Both the position numbers and the translations under genes were made by a program. Below the pieces are notes generated by a model. The model saw only the letters and a list, made by a program, of their open reading frames with translations. It was not told where the DNA came from and made no database searches. From a virus (Duplodnaviria; Caudoviricetes): a stretch of 64,000 nt of DNA. The DNA is taken from IMG/VR virus record IMGVR_UViG_3300042914_002678; one strand, 5' to 3'. Of this stretch, positions 28,214 to 38,890 are shown piece by piece. The first letter of the stretch is position 1. Each line of letters opens with the position of its first letter.

Positions 28214-29406
28214 AATTAGGTTTACTTGGATATACCTCTGGTTCAATTTTTAATCGAACTGCCAAAATTGGGGTTAGTGGACTTGAGCAAAGCACTCTAG
28301 GATTAACTGCCAATAGAACTTCTACATCCACAAGAACTAGAAAATCTGGAGTTTTTAGACCAGAAGATAATGGTACTAAACAATATTATAAGGGAGATCT
28401 TCAATCTTTTTTCTCCTCTGCAACAAATAATTTGTCTTATAGTTCATTGCAACCATCTGGATTAGAAGTACGACCAAATGATAGAGTTATATATGGCATA
28501 AGCGGACGTAGTGATACATTTGGATCTACTGGTTATGATGTAAATGAGATAACTCTCAGAACAGCAGGAAATTTAAACTCAGTTTCACTAGCACAAAGAT
28601 CGTTACTTTGGAGACTCTCCACCAATAGCAGTAATTATTATCCCAATATGCAGGGTATGACGTTTAGATCTGATGGGTTAAGATTATTCGGAGCTGGCAC
28701 ATTAAGAAGAGATTTTAGTGGTACTAGTACATATTATGGGAGTATTTTTTATCTTTGGACTCTAGGATTTGCTTTCGATCTAACAAATCTTATTTCTTCT
28801 ACTACCGTTCCTGGACAATTAATTACCGGAAATGGAGGAACAGGAGTATGGCCACAATATTTTGTGATTAATGTGAATGGAGATAATCCTTCTTCAACTC
28901 CCATTGATGATTCCGATATTTCAAATGGTCCAACGGGTGCTGCAGGACATAGAATTAAAGATACTTTTATGCACCCTGATGGACTCATATTTTATTACTT
29001 ATCAAATGATATCATTTATCAAGGTTCTTTATCCTCTGCATGGCGATTGGGATTTGGAACTGGACTTGGAACTGACGTATTATCTTTAAATACTTCTTCA
29101 CTCACTGTTACTCCAAATGATTATTCGGTAAATGCATTCACTTTCAATTCTACTGGTACAAAATTATTTACATTTGCAACAACAAATAATAGAATACAAC
29201 AATATAATTTAGGAACCGCTTGGCAATTATCATCTGCCACATTGTCAACCAGTTTAGATGTAACTGTTTCTGGAGGTAATAAAAGAATTGGAATTAAAAT
29301 GCTTAGAGATCAATCAACAATTGTCGCACTTTCTAGAAATGTTACTACTAGTAGTAGTTTTTCTAGTAATGGGTTTCTTCACGAAATTAACCAAGCATTA
29401 TATTAA
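28210..29406 (+). CDS. Putative beta-propeller virion protein
   Basis: Recurrent blade-like motifs GMTFRSDGLRLF, FMHPDGLIFY, FTFNSTGTKLF, QYNLGTAWQLSS. Confidence 0.5.
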   Translation: MKLGLLGYTSGSIFNRTAKIGVSGLEQSTLGLTANRTSTSTRTRKSGVFRPEDNGTKQYYKGDLQSFFSSATNNLSYSSLQPSGLEVRPNDRVIYGISGRSDTFGSTGYDVNEITLRTAGNLNSVSLAQRSLLWRLSTNSSNYYPNMQGMTFRSDGLRLFGAGTLRRDFSGTSTYYGSIFYLWTLGFAFDLTNLISSTTVPGQLITGNGGTGVWPQYFVINVNGDNPSSTPIDDSDISNGPTGAAGHRIKDTFMHPDGLIFYYLSNDIIYQGSLSSAWRLGFGTGLGTDVLSLNTSSLTVTPNDYSVNAFTFNSTGTKLFTFATTNNRIQQYNLGTAWQLSSATLSTSLDVTVSGGNKRIGIKMLRDQSTIVALSRNVTTSSSFSSNGFLHEINQALY

Positions 29407-29476
29407 TTTTATCCAAATAAATTTAAAGTTATAAAAAGTTAATTCTAAATATTTAAAATCTTGATTTGAGAAAATA

Positions 29477-31123
29477 ATGCCAGTAGACGTAAATCAAGCT
29501 TCAGCTTTTAATTTATTAAAAAATTTAGAAAATCAATATACAAAATATGATAACCAAGATAGAGATACTTTAGCAGAAACTAATACTACTTTACCAGAAG
29601 TTGTTAGAAAAAGAGATGTAACTCAAAATTCCAATGGTAGTTGGAATATGGTGACTGCAGATGATCCAAAACCATTTACTTCACCAACTTCATTATATAA
29701 AGGTGTTGTTGATGAAATAGATGATAATATAAAACAGTACAAAAAAATTCTTAGACCTTTTGACGAGCAATTTTATAATCTTAATCAAGAAATTAATAGC
29801 AAAAAATCATTAATTATATCATTAGTAAATACTGCAATATCTTCTGGTTGCACATATCTTCCAGGGGATGCTGGAAATATTGGGGGAATTGCCTGTGGAA
29901 TTGGATCAACAATTTACAACGATTCTGCATCTGTAACTTATTATCCAAATTTAACACGAGATTCTGCACCTGCTTCTAAAATATTTAAAAGAAAAACAGA
30001 ACCATTAGAACCTTCATTGTTTACAAAGGGATTTGAAAACACGTATAAAAACAATTCTGGAGGTTCTGTTGGGGATTATTACTATATCCCAGAAGATCCA
30101 AATTTACACATTTTCTTATCATTCCCACTATTAACAACTGCTCAACGACAAACCTGTGCTGGATATGGAGTTTCTATTGTAAATATTGCTCAAGAATTAG
30201 TTGATTTAAGATCAAAAAGAAATTCTCTTATATCAGAAATTAACAGTTTAAAAGAAGATAAAACTTCTGAGGAAATAGTTGATTGGGGAGCTAATAGGCA
30301 AAAAAATAATGCCAAGTCTGCTAAAAAGAAATTAACTCGTCAAATTAATAATATAAGAAAATACTTGGATAATATAGTTTCGGAAGATTTAGTTATTCAT
30401 TTAAATGCAACTAAAGATTATGGTATTACTTATTATGTTCAAAACACAACTGGTGTTGGAATTGTAAGTAGTTTTTTAAATTTAAGCAAAGAAGGATCTT
30501 CTCCTGTTGCAATTAACAATCCAACTTACGTTGGATTTTCTGAACAAACAACAGGAATTACAGTTCCTTCGGTCAATCTAAATGGCACCAATCAATATTT
30601 TGTAATCGATAAAGATTATATTAGTGATGTTAATGGAATACCAGATGGAGATACTTCTTATAGTATTGAATCTTGGTTTAAAGTATTAAGCGACTCAAAT
30701 CTGTCAACTTCACCTACTTCTGGAGGTGCTGCTATTGTTGGAATCAATTCTATTCACGGAATAGGATTGCAAGTTTATAAACCGAGTTCAGGTCTTACGG
30801 TTAATTTTGGATCTCGTGATAGTGGAAGCATTGACGCTGGAATAACATTATCTTTAGATACTTGGTATCATGTCGTTGCAGTTCGTGAGAAAAATGTAAA
30901 TAGTAGGATTTATGTAAATTCTGGTATTACTAGTTCCTCTACAACTGCTGGATTAAGCGTAATTACCACACCAGGTTTAATGCAAATTGGTTATGCTGGC
31001 ACACACATAAGTCAATATTTCTCTGGAAATATTGGAGTTGTTAGAATTTATAAAAAAGCATTAAGTGATGTGGAAGTGTTAAGAAACTTCGATGCAGACA
31101 AAGAAGGATTCGGATACGCTTGA
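29477..31123 (+). CDS. Virion protein with C-terminal LamG/concanavalin-like domain
   Basis: YSIESWFK, TWYHVVAV, IYVNSG, FSGNIGVVRIYKKALSDVEVLRNF. Confidence 0.7.
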   Translation: MPVDVNQASAFNLLKNLENQYTKYDNQDRDTLAETNTTLPEVVRKRDVTQNSNGSWNMVTADDPKPFTSPTSLYKGVVDEIDDNIKQYKKILRPFDEQFYNLNQEINSKKSLIISLVNTAISSGCTYLPGDAGNIGGIACGIGSTIYNDSASVTYYPNLTRDSAPASKIFKRKTEPLEPSLFTKGFENTYKNNSGGSVGDYYYIPEDPNLHIFLSFPLLTTAQRQTCAGYGVSIVNIAQELVDLRSKRNSLISEINSLKEDKTSEEIVDWGANRQKNNAKSAKKKLTRQINNIRKYLDNIVSEDLVIHLNATKDYGITYYVQNTTGVGIVSSFLNLSKEGSSPVAINNPTYVGFSEQTTGITVPSVNLNGTNQYFVIDKDYISDVNGIPDGDTSYSIESWFKVLSDSNLSTSPTSGGAAIVGINSIHGIGLQVYKPSSGLTVNFGSRDSGSIDAGITLSLDTWYHVVAVREKNVNSRIYVNSGITSSSTTAGLSVITTPGLMQIGYAGTHISQYFSGNIGVVRIYKKALSDVEVLRNFDADKEGFGYA

Positions 31124-31148
31124 CAGAATCGTCAAGACTCCCTATAAT
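31120..31148 (+). promoter_or_regulatory. Consensus sigma70 promoter for the small-gene/tRNA island
   Basis: TTGACA-17 nt-TATAAT. Confidence 0.9.
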
Positions 31149-31173
31149 GACGGGGTAATCAAAAAAATCCCGA

Positions 31174-31365
31174 ATGCCTTCCAACACTGAAGAATATCTG
31201 TCACGTTGTGTCATTGATACTCTTGCTCGTAAATTTTATCTTTATTCAAGTGAAGGTGGTGAAAGAGTTGTAGAGTGTGAAACTGTTGAGCAGTTTATGA
31301 ATGTACTGGAAGTGGTACGCACTCAAGTAAGCGAAGATTGTCTTGCATACAGTAGTCCTTTTTGA
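31174..31365 (+). CDS. Conserved small phage protein
   Basis: 63-aa ORF directly behind the strong promoter. Confidence 0.6.
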   Translation: MPSNTEEYLSRCVIDTLARKFYLYSSEGGERVVECETVEQFMNVLEVVRTQVSEDCLAYSSPF

Positions 31366-31368
31366 AAA

Positions 31369-31542
31369 ATGGAAGTTTTTACCGTGGAAGAATTTCAAGA
31401 ACGTTTCGATGAACTTATAGAACGAGTTGAGAATGGAGAAAAATTAGGTATAATTAACGAGAATGGGCAAGCAGCAGTTATGATGCCCGCAGATGACGAA
31501 CTCATACGAATACACACAGAACTAAATAACGAAGCACCCTGA
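31369..31542 (+). CDS. Phd/YefM-like antitoxin-fold protein (57 aa, not in ORF track)
   Basis: Translated by hand: MEVFTVEEFQERFDELIERVENGEKLGIINENGQAAVMMPADDELIRIHTELNNEAP. Confidence 0.6.
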   Translation: MEVFTVEEFQERFDELIERVENGEKLGIINENGQAAVMMPADDELIRIHTELNNEAP

Positions 31543-31557
31543 TAAACGGGGTTTTTT

Positions 31558-31629
31558 GGGAGTATAGCTTAATGGTTAGAGCGGGCTCCTTATAAGGGCT
31601 TAGTCTGGGTTCAACTCCCAGTATTCCCA
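31558..31629 (+). tRNA. tRNA-Ile (anticodon TAT)
   Basis: Acceptor GGGAGTA/TATTCCC, D arm, anticodon loop CT-TAT-AA, T loop GTTCAAC; no encoded CCA. Confidence 0.85.
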
Positions 31630-31631
31630 TC

Positions 31632-31704
31632 GCTCCTTTAGCAATCTGGTGAATGCAGCGAACTCATAATTCGCCTGAGGCGTGTTCGATCCACGCAAGG
31701 AGCA
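31632..31704 (+). tRNA. tRNA with CAT anticodon (Ile2 more likely than Met)
   Basis: Acceptor GCTCCTT/AAGGAGC, anticodon arm GCGAA-CTCATAA-TTCGC, T loop TTCGATC. G1-C72 excludes initiator; C4-G69 and C5-G68 are present. Confidence 0.85.
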
Positions 31705-31735
31705 TAAAATAAATATAAGATATGGGAAAATCCCT

Positions 31736-32041
31736 ATGTCTTATCGTATCGATCACGCATACTGTTGGTATGACAATGGCAGTATGATTGTGAAAATGTA
31801 TTTCATAAATCATGTTCCTTTTACTTTTGATGAAATGCCAGACGGACACTTGTATGATCACGATCTTTGTAGGGCAGCGGACAGAGAAAGAACATTTGAA
31901 CCAGAAGATTTATACAAATCTTCATTCTATTTAATTGACGAACAATGCCATCCTTGTTTGTTCCCAATTGAGTTAGAAAACCCTGAAGATATGCCAGACG
32001 AAGACTATTACATTTTTGACGAAGAGGATTTGCTGAACTAA
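31736..32041 (+). CDS. Conserved acidic phage protein
   Basis: Start moved to ATG 31736 (MSYRIDHAYCWY) because the track start lies inside the tRNA; ATAAATA upstream. Confidence 0.6.
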   Translation: MSYRIDHAYCWYDNGSMIVKMYFINHVPFTFDEMPDGHLYDHDLCRAADRERTFEPEDLYKSSFYLIDEQCHPCLFPIELENPEDMPDEDYYIFDEEDLLN

Positions 32042-32076
32042 ATAAAACATAGAAATATTTTTGTTCATATAATCCA

Positions 32077-35000
32077 ATGCCTCTTAATAAGTTAGAGAAC
32101 TTTATAAAGAACTATGAAGGTAGAATTCTTTATGTTAATTCAAATGATCTTGACGCAACTGATAGTATCACCAATCAGGGTAACTCTCTTACAAAACCTT
32201 TTAAGACTATTCAGAGAGCACTTCTTGAGTCTGCAAGATTTTCATTTGTTGCTGGGAATAACAACGATAGGAACGATAGAACTACAATTTTAGTATATCC
32301 AGGTGAGCATGTAATTGACAATAGACCTGGTTATGGCATTAAAAAAATTGGCACTGCTTTAGCACAATCTGTTGCTCCAGATGGATCGGTAACAATACCA
32401 GCAAGTGACGAACTCACATTAACATTAGAATCTAATTTTGATTTAACACAAGAGGATAATATACTTTATAAATTTAATAGTGTTAATGGTGGTGTTATTC
32501 TACCAAGAGGAACTTCTATTGTAGGATTAGACCTTAGAAAGACTAAAATTAGACCAAAATACGTTCCAAACCCAACAGATTCTGATGTACCATCATCTTC
32601 TATATTCAGAATTACTGGTAATTGTTACTTCTGGAATTTCTCTTTCTTTGACGCAAGTGAAAGTGAACTAGTTTATACTAATAATAGAATTTTTACCAGC
32701 GGTACTGGAAATCAATCAACCCCAACATTTTCTCATCATAAACTAACTTGTTTCGAATATGCGGATGGTGTCAATGTACCAACTGGATATGATATTACTG
32801 ACTTGGATATGTATTATGCAAAAATTAGTAATGCCTTTAATGAAGGTTCTGGAAGACAAATTCCTGCTGCTCAAAAATTCCCATTAGCACCACAAGCTTT
32901 CTCCAAAGAACGTCCAGAATGGGAAATTGTTGGTGCATTTGGATCAGATCCAATTATCATATCTAGTCTATTTTCTGGAGACTCTGCAACACCAAGTCCT
33001 ATTGTAACAGTAAATACTCTTACTGATCACGAATTAACTGCAGGAACTCCTATTAAGATTAGAGGAGCAAATGTTAAGGATTATAATATAACAACGACTG
33101 TACAAACTGTTATTGGACCAAAGAGTTTTACTTATCTTTTACCATTTGTAAGAAGCGATCTTAATGCAAATCCAAGTGGATCTGCGTCAGTTACTATTGA
33201 AACTGATACCGTAAAAGGTTCTTCACCATATATCTTTAATATTTCTTTACGTTCTGTTTATGGTATGAACGGAATGCACGCCGATGGAAGCAAGGCGTCT
33301 GGATTCCGTTCCATGGTTGTCGCACAATTCACCGCAGTTTCCCTTCAAAAAGATGACAGGGCTTTTGTAAAGTATAATCCAATTACGAGAACTTATTCGG
33401 GAATTCCGGTTACAAAAACTCTTGGGACACTTCTCTCATCTGGATCTTCGTCTACAGATAATGATACCATTTATCACTTGGATGCTGATGCAATTTATAG
33501 AACAGGATGGGAAACTTCACACATTAAATGTTCTAATGATTCTGTCATTCAGGTAGTTTCTGTTTTTGCAATTGGATTTAATAGACATTTTGTTGCAGAA
33601 TCTGGTGGTGACCAATCTATTACCAACTCTAACTCAAACTTTGGACAAATTTCTTTATCTGCAAGTGGATTTAAAAAAGAAGCATTTAGTAAAGATGATT
33701 ATGGTTATATTACTTCTATTATTACTCCAAGATCAGTTATATCTCCAGAGTCAAAAATTGATTGGATTCCAATTGATGTTGGATTAACAACTTCAGTTGG
33801 AATTTCAAGTCATTTATATCTTTTTGGATTTAATTCTCAAGATAATGTTCCACCAAATCTTATACAAGGATATCGAGTAGGTGCAAGAAAAGAAGATAAA
33901 TTATATCTTGAACTTCCTAATAGAGATATAAAATCCGCTAAAATTTTAATGACAGATACTACACTTGTATCTGGTGGTTCATCTACTGTGAGTGGAACTA
34001 ACTCTGCAGTAAAAGAATACGTAGTTGGAAGTTTAACCTCTGCACCTAATTACGATACCATTCAATTTACCACAACACATAAATTACAAAATGGCGAAAA
34101 AATAATTATTATTAGTGATACTGGAGACCTTCCAGAAAACATAACAGAAAATAAAACATATTACACAATTGTAGTAGATAATACTAGAATTAAATTAGCA
34201 TCTTCATTTACTAACGCACAAAATAATGTTTCATTAAAAATGTATGGTGGATCTCAACTGAAAATTCAAAGTAGAGTTTCTGATAGAGATGCTGGACAAT
34301 TAGGATCTCCAATTCAATTCGACCCAAATCATAATAATTGGTTTGTATATGTTGAAAGAGATAATGATATATACAGTTCTATTGCTTCTCTTGGTGTTGT
34401 AGGGTTTGAAGAACCCAGAACAGGCGTATCTTACTTCAGCAGAATTGCAGATTCTCGTAGTTTAGATGAAAAAATTTATAAGGTTAGAATTGTAATTCCA
34501 AAAGAAGCACCTAATGGTAAAGATCCACAAGACGGATTTGTAATTCAAGAATCAAGTACTACTGGAGCTATTACTGATTCTGATTTTTCATTGAGTTCAA
34601 TTGATACTAGTAATTACAATTTCCAGAGAAATTATAGATTTATTAGTACATGCACAGAATCAAGTGGAACAGTAACTGTCATTACTGAACTTCCACATAA
34701 TTTAACTCAAGGCGATAGAGTATTAATTAAAAATGTCAAGTCTTCTACTAATTTATCTGGAGTTGGAGTAACTGGTTTTAACGGTGATTTTATTGTTTCT
34801 AGTGTCCCAGATGCAAATACTTTTAGTTATTCTACAACCGATTATAATTCAATAATACATAATGTTGGTATTTTTTCTGGTCCAACATCTAGAAGCACTA
34901 CGTTACCTAGATTTGAAAGAAATGACTTACAATCTAATTTCTTTATTTACAGATCGGAAACTATTTCCCCATATATTTTCAATGTTCAAGACGGTATTTA

Positions 35001-38000
35001 TCATGCTTATGTTCTAAAATCTGATAATGCAGTACCAGATCATTTTACAGATTACAAATATAATCAAAATATCGTAGATCTTTATCCACAGCAAGATAGA
35101 GATAATTATGATGATAATCCACCATCTGCCGTAACTTTTGCAAAAAGATCTCCAATTGGAGATGTGGTAACCAATGATCTTAAGAAAAGTATTACAAGAG
35201 AAACTGTAGATTCTCTTGTCAAAAAACTTGGGGTTACTCCAATAATTCAAAGTGTATCTCCTCTAATTGCAGGTGTAACAACAGTTACAACTACTCGTGA
35301 ACATGGATTTAATGGCGTAGTTGGATTTGCTACATTAACAAGTGGAACTGGATATAATAGTGGAACATATTATAATGTTAAACTTTTAAATTCGGACGAT
35401 AGTTGGAATGGTGCAAGAGCAACAGTTGTTATTTCTGGAGTTGCAAATTCAATTACTTCTCTCAATGTAACTTCACCTGGATCTGGATATAATGATGGTG
35501 TTTCTTTGAAAGTAGATGGATTCAGTGGATCTACAATTGGAATTACAACCACGACAATTTCATATTTAAATGATAATTCTTTACAGATAACAGGACTTGG
35601 AACTGCAACTGACGGACTGTATAGAGTTATTAGAGTTCCTTCAAAGAATCAAATTGCAATTGCAAGAACAACTGGAGATCCAGCAATTAATCCAAATCAA
35701 TATGTATTTAATGTTGCACCAAGCACTCAAATAACAAGTGTTGTTTATAATTCTACTGTTGGAATTTCCACTATTACGTGTTTCTCTGCTCATGGATTAG
35801 TTGCTGGCAATAGGTTTAGAGTTTTAGATACTAATAATAATAATCTAGGAGATCATATTGTAAATGATACTGTAGGTGTAACTACCTTTACAGTTTCTGG
35901 AAGTGTTAACACAAATTCTACCAGAATTCTAAAGCATGGATTATCTTCAAATAATTTAATTTCTGATGCTGGAAGTGAAAACTTAGCAGCAAGAGGAATT
36001 TCCTTCTACGATAATGAGTCTGCTATTCTTATAACAGACATAGCAACAGATACTACATCAGGAATTGCAACTTTCCCAATTAGATTAGTCAATTCTGGTA
36101 TTTCAACTGTAACTAGATTCCCAATTGGTAGTTTCATTCAAGTTGACAATGAAATTATGAGGGTTTCAAAAAGTACCCTGACTGGTTCTGGAAACAATGA
36201 AATTACAGTTCTTCGTGGTTATTTGGGAACTCAAAAAGAAACTCACTTAGCAAATTCTTTAATTAAAAAGATTAAACCACTTGCAATTGAGTTACGCAGA
36301 CCTTCAATTTTAAGAGCATCTGGTCATACTTTTGAATATCTTGGTTATGGTCCTGGAAACTATTCAACTGGTTTACCACAAATTCAAGTTAAGACCCTGA
36401 CAGAAAGAGAAGATTTCTTATCACAATCTCAGGAAAGATCTTGTGGAAGTGTTGTTTATACTGGAATGAACAGTGATGGAGACTTCTTCATTGGAAATAC
36501 CAAATACTCTTCAGCTTCTGGTCAACAAACAACTTTTGATATTCCAATTCCAACTGTCACTGGACAAGATCCTTCAAGACTTAGTGTTGTATTTGACGAA
36601 GTTATTGTTAAGGAAAGAATTCTTGTAGAAGGTGGCAAATCAAAACAAATTCTTTCACAATTTGACGGACCAACTACATTCAACAACAATGCAATCTTGA
36701 ATGGTGAAACTAAAATTAATGGTGAAGTTATTCTATCTAATATTTTAAGACAGAATAATAATACAGATTCTACTGCTGTAAATAATGGTTCAATTGTCTC
36801 AAAAGGTGGAGTTGGAATTTTAAGAAACTTAAATGTTGGTGGTAATGTAAGTATTTCTGGAACAGCAACATTTAATGGTCAAGTTCAATTTAACACAGGT
36901 CTTGTTCCAGATTCTATAGAAGATGCTTATGTTGGTTCTTCTACTAAACCATGGGCTTCTGGTTGGTTTGGTGGAATTGGAATTTCAACAGAGGGAACTC
37001 CTGGTGGAACAGAAATTGAAGATAGGAGAATTACTGGTTGGACTGGTGATTTAGTATTGAATAGTATAGGTGCTGGAACTTCTGTCAGAATAGAAAATAC
37101 AAGTTTTTATGCAGAAAATAATGCAATTATTGCAGGTATTTTAACTGTAGGAAGAACTTCAATTACTATTGATGGATCTTCAAACACTATTGCTGTTGGA
37201 AAAACTGCTTCTATAACTTTATCACCAGCAGGATCTCTTGTATTATCTTCAATTAATGGTGCTCCTCATGAATTTGATAATGTTAAGATAACCAACACCC
37301 TTGAAACTGTAGGAATAGCAACATTCAGAAGTTCTGTTGTTGTTGATAGTCAATTAACCGCAAAATCTAATTTAAATGTAACTGGTGTAACTACGTCTTC
37401 CACTGGATTCTTCCCATTAACAGATTCTGGTGCTCCTCTTGGATCATTACCACTATCATTCTCAGAAGCATTTGTTGATAATCTAAAACTTGATGGAAAT
37501 ACATTAAGCTCTACAAACACAAATGGAAATATTACGTTCAGTGCAAATGGAACTGGTGTTGTAGAAACTGTTAATGACGTAAACTTTGGAACCTCAGGTG
37601 ATAATTCAACTTTAACTGTTGTTGGACAACTAAATGCAGACAATTTAAGATTAGATACAAATAGCATTACTTCAACAGATTCAAATGGAAATATTATTCT
37701 TGACGCAAATGGAACTGGTATTATTGATATTAATTCTCCAATTGACGTTGAAGGTCATGCTAACTTCCAGAGTACTTCTAATTTTGTAGGTGAAGTTACA
37801 GTAGAAACTGGAATTATTCCAGATACTGCAGGAGACGCAGCTTATCTTGGATCAAACGCACGACCATTCTCTTCTGCATTCATTGGAAACATTCGAATAG
37901 CAGAGGGAACAGCGGTTGGAGATGACAATACAATTACAACTTCCAGTGGTGATTTAAACATTGATGCCTTTAGTAATAATATCAATATTAAAGGAAATCT

Positions 38001-38874
38001 AAATGTTGATAATGTTGCTACTTTTAATGATAATGTTATTATTCAAGGATCTGCTAAAACATTTAGTGTAAAAGATAGTTCATCATCTAGTAAATTTAGT
38101 ATTGCTTCTGATACTGGAAATACAATAATTGAAGGAACTTTAACTCTTAATGGTGGTCTCACACTTAATGGAAAACTTGGTATAACAAATACTACAGATT
38201 CTAGTAGCTCTACAGATACTAACGCTTCATTCTATACTTCTGGTGGCGGTTCAATTGCTAAAAAACTTTTTGTCGGTGGAACTTTAGCAGCAGCAGATAG
38301 AATAACAGCAAGCAATGGTTTGACAGTAACTACTGGTGGTTTAACTGTATCTGCTGGTGGGATTGATGCCGCTGGTCAAACAGTTACGGCAACTACATTT
38401 ACTGGCAATGCTGCGTCTGCCACTATAGCTACAAATGTTTCAGGCGGCAGTGGTAGAATATTATATAATAGCGGAACTGACTCAACAACAACTTCTGGTA
38501 ATTTAACTTTTGATGGAACAAACTTAACAGTTGGTGGAGAAATTAGATCAACAAGTGATATTGTTGCATACTACAGCTCAGATGAAAGATTAAAAACAAA
38601 TATTTCATTAATTGAAAATGCACTAACAAAAGTTTCTGAGATTTCTGGTGTAACTTATAATTGGAATGATTTAGCAATAGGCAAAGATCAAAATATTCGT
38701 GAAGCAGGTGTTATTGCACAAGAAATTGAGAAAGTTTTACCAGAAGTTGTAACTGAAAGAGATAATGGTTTCCTTGCGGTTAAATATGAAAAACTTGTTC
38801 CCCTGTTAATTGAGGCAATCAAAGAACTGAACATTAAGGTTCAAGATATTGAACAAAAATTAACAGATAAATAA
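32077..38874 (+). CDS. Giant tail fibre/structural protein (2265 aa) with C-terminal peptidase S74 intramolecular chaperone
   Basis: ILYVNSND...KPFKTIQRAL entry motif; several T..H.L..G repeats; SSDERLKTNI...GVTYNW...AGVIAQEIEKVLPEVV...VKYEKLVPLLIEAIKEL. Confidence 0.85.
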   Translation: MPLNKLENFIKNYEGRILYVNSNDLDATDSITNQGNSLTKPFKTIQRALLESARFSFVAGNNNDRNDRTTILVYPGEHVIDNRPGYGIKKIGTALAQSVAPDGSVTIPASDELTLTLESNFDLTQEDNILYKFNSVNGGVILPRGTSIVGLDLRKTKIRPKYVPNPTDSDVPSSSIFRITGNCYFWNFSFFDASESELVYTNNRIFTSGTGNQSTPTFSHHKLTCFEYADGVNVPTGYDITDLDMYYAKISNAFNEGSGRQIPAAQKFPLAPQAFSKERPEWEIVGAFGSDPIIISSLFSGDSATPSPIVTVNTLTDHELTAGTPIKIRGANVKDYNITTTVQTVIGPKSFTYLLPFVRSDLNANPSGSASVTIETDTVKGSSPYIFNISLRSVYGMNGMHADGSKASGFRSMVVAQFTAVSLQKDDRAFVKYNPITRTYSGIPVTKTLGTLLSSGSSSTDNDTIYHLDADAIYRTGWETSHIKCSNDSVIQVVSVFAIGFNRHFVAESGGDQSITNSNSNFGQISLSASGFKKEAFSKDDYGYITSIITPRSVISPESKIDWIPIDVGLTTSVGISSHLYLFGFNSQDNVPPNLIQGYRVGARKEDKLYLELPNRDIKSAKILMTDTTLVSGGSSTVSGTNSAVKEYVVGSLTSAPNYDTIQFTTTHKLQNGEKIIIISDTGDLPENITENKTYYTIVVDNTRIKLASSFTNAQNNVSLKMYGGSQLKIQSRVSDRDAGQLGSPIQFDPNHNNWFVYVERDNDIYSSIASLGVVGFEEPRTGVSYFSRIADSRSLDEKIYKVRIVIPKEAPNGKDPQDGFVIQESSTTGAITDSDFSLSSIDTSNYNFQRNYRFISTCTESSGTVTVITELPHNLTQGDRVLIKNVKSSTNLSGVGVTGFNGDFIVSSVPDANTFSYSTTDYNSIIHNVGIFSGPTSRSTTLPRFERNDLQSNFFIYRSETISPYIFNVQDGIYHAYVLKSDNAVPDHFTDYKYNQNIVDLYPQQDRDNYDDNPPSAVTFAKRSPIGDVVTNDLKKSITRETVDSLVKKLGVTPIIQSVSPLIAGVTTVTTTREHGFNGVVGFATLTSGTGYNSGTYYNVKLLNSDDSWNGARATVVISGVANSITSLNVTSPGSGYNDGVSLKVDGFSGSTIGITTTTISYLNDNSLQITGLGTATDGLYRVIRVPSKNQIAIARTTGDPAINPNQYVFNVAPSTQITSVVYNSTVGISTITCFSAHGLVAGNRFRVLDTNNNNLGDHIVNDTVGVTTFTVSGSVNTNSTRILKHGLSSNNLISDAGSENLAARGISFYDNESAILITDIATDTTSGIATFPIRLVNSGISTVTRFPIGSFIQVDNEIMRVSKSTLTGSGNNEITVLRGYLGTQKETHLANSLIKKIKPLAIELRRPSILRASGHTFEYLGYGPGNYSTGLPQIQVKTLTEREDFLSQSQERSCGSVVYTGMNSDGDFFIGNTKYSSASGQQTTFDIPIPTVTGQDPSRLSVVFDEVIVKERILVEGGKSKQILSQFDGPTTFNNNAILNGETKINGEVILSNILRQNNNTDSTAVNNGSIVSKGGVGILRNLNVGGNVSISGTATFNGQVQFNTGLVPDSIEDAYVGSSTKPWASGWFGGIGISTEGTPGGTEIEDRRITGWTGDLVLNSIGAGTSVRIENTSFYAENNAIIAGILTVGRTSITIDGSSNTIAVGKTASITLSPAGSLVLSSINGAPHEFDNVKITNTLETVGIATFRSSVVVDSQLTAKSNLNVTGVTTSSTGFFPLTDSGAPLGSLPLSFSEAFVDNLKLDGNTLSSTNTNGNITFSANGTGVVETVNDVNFGTSGDNSTLTVVGQLNADNLRLDTNSITSTDSNGNIILDANGTGIIDINSPIDVEGHANFQSTSNFVGEVTVETGIIPDTAGDAAYLGSNARPFSSAFIGNIRIAEGTAVGDDNTITTSSGDLNIDAFSNNINIKGNLNVDNVATFNDNVIIQGSAKTFSVKDSSSSSKFSIASDTGNTIIEGTLTLNGGLTLNGKLGITNTTDSSSSTDTNASFYTSGGGSIAKKLFVGGTLAAADRITASNGLTVTTGGLTVSAGGIDAAGQTVTATTFTGNAASATIATNVSGGSGRILYNSGTDSTTTSGNLTFDGTNLTVGGEIRSTSDIVAYYSSDERLKTNISLIENALTKVSEISGVTYNWNDLAIGKDQNIREAGVIAQEIEKVLPEVVTERDNGFLAVKYEKLVPLLIEAIKELNIKVQDIEQKLTDK

Positions 38875-38890
38875 TTAAAAACTATAGGAA

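Noticed and set aside
31664-31735. Track ORF starts at 31664 (-) and 31682 (+)
   Set aside because: They overlap the CAT tRNA; the credible start is ATG 31736.
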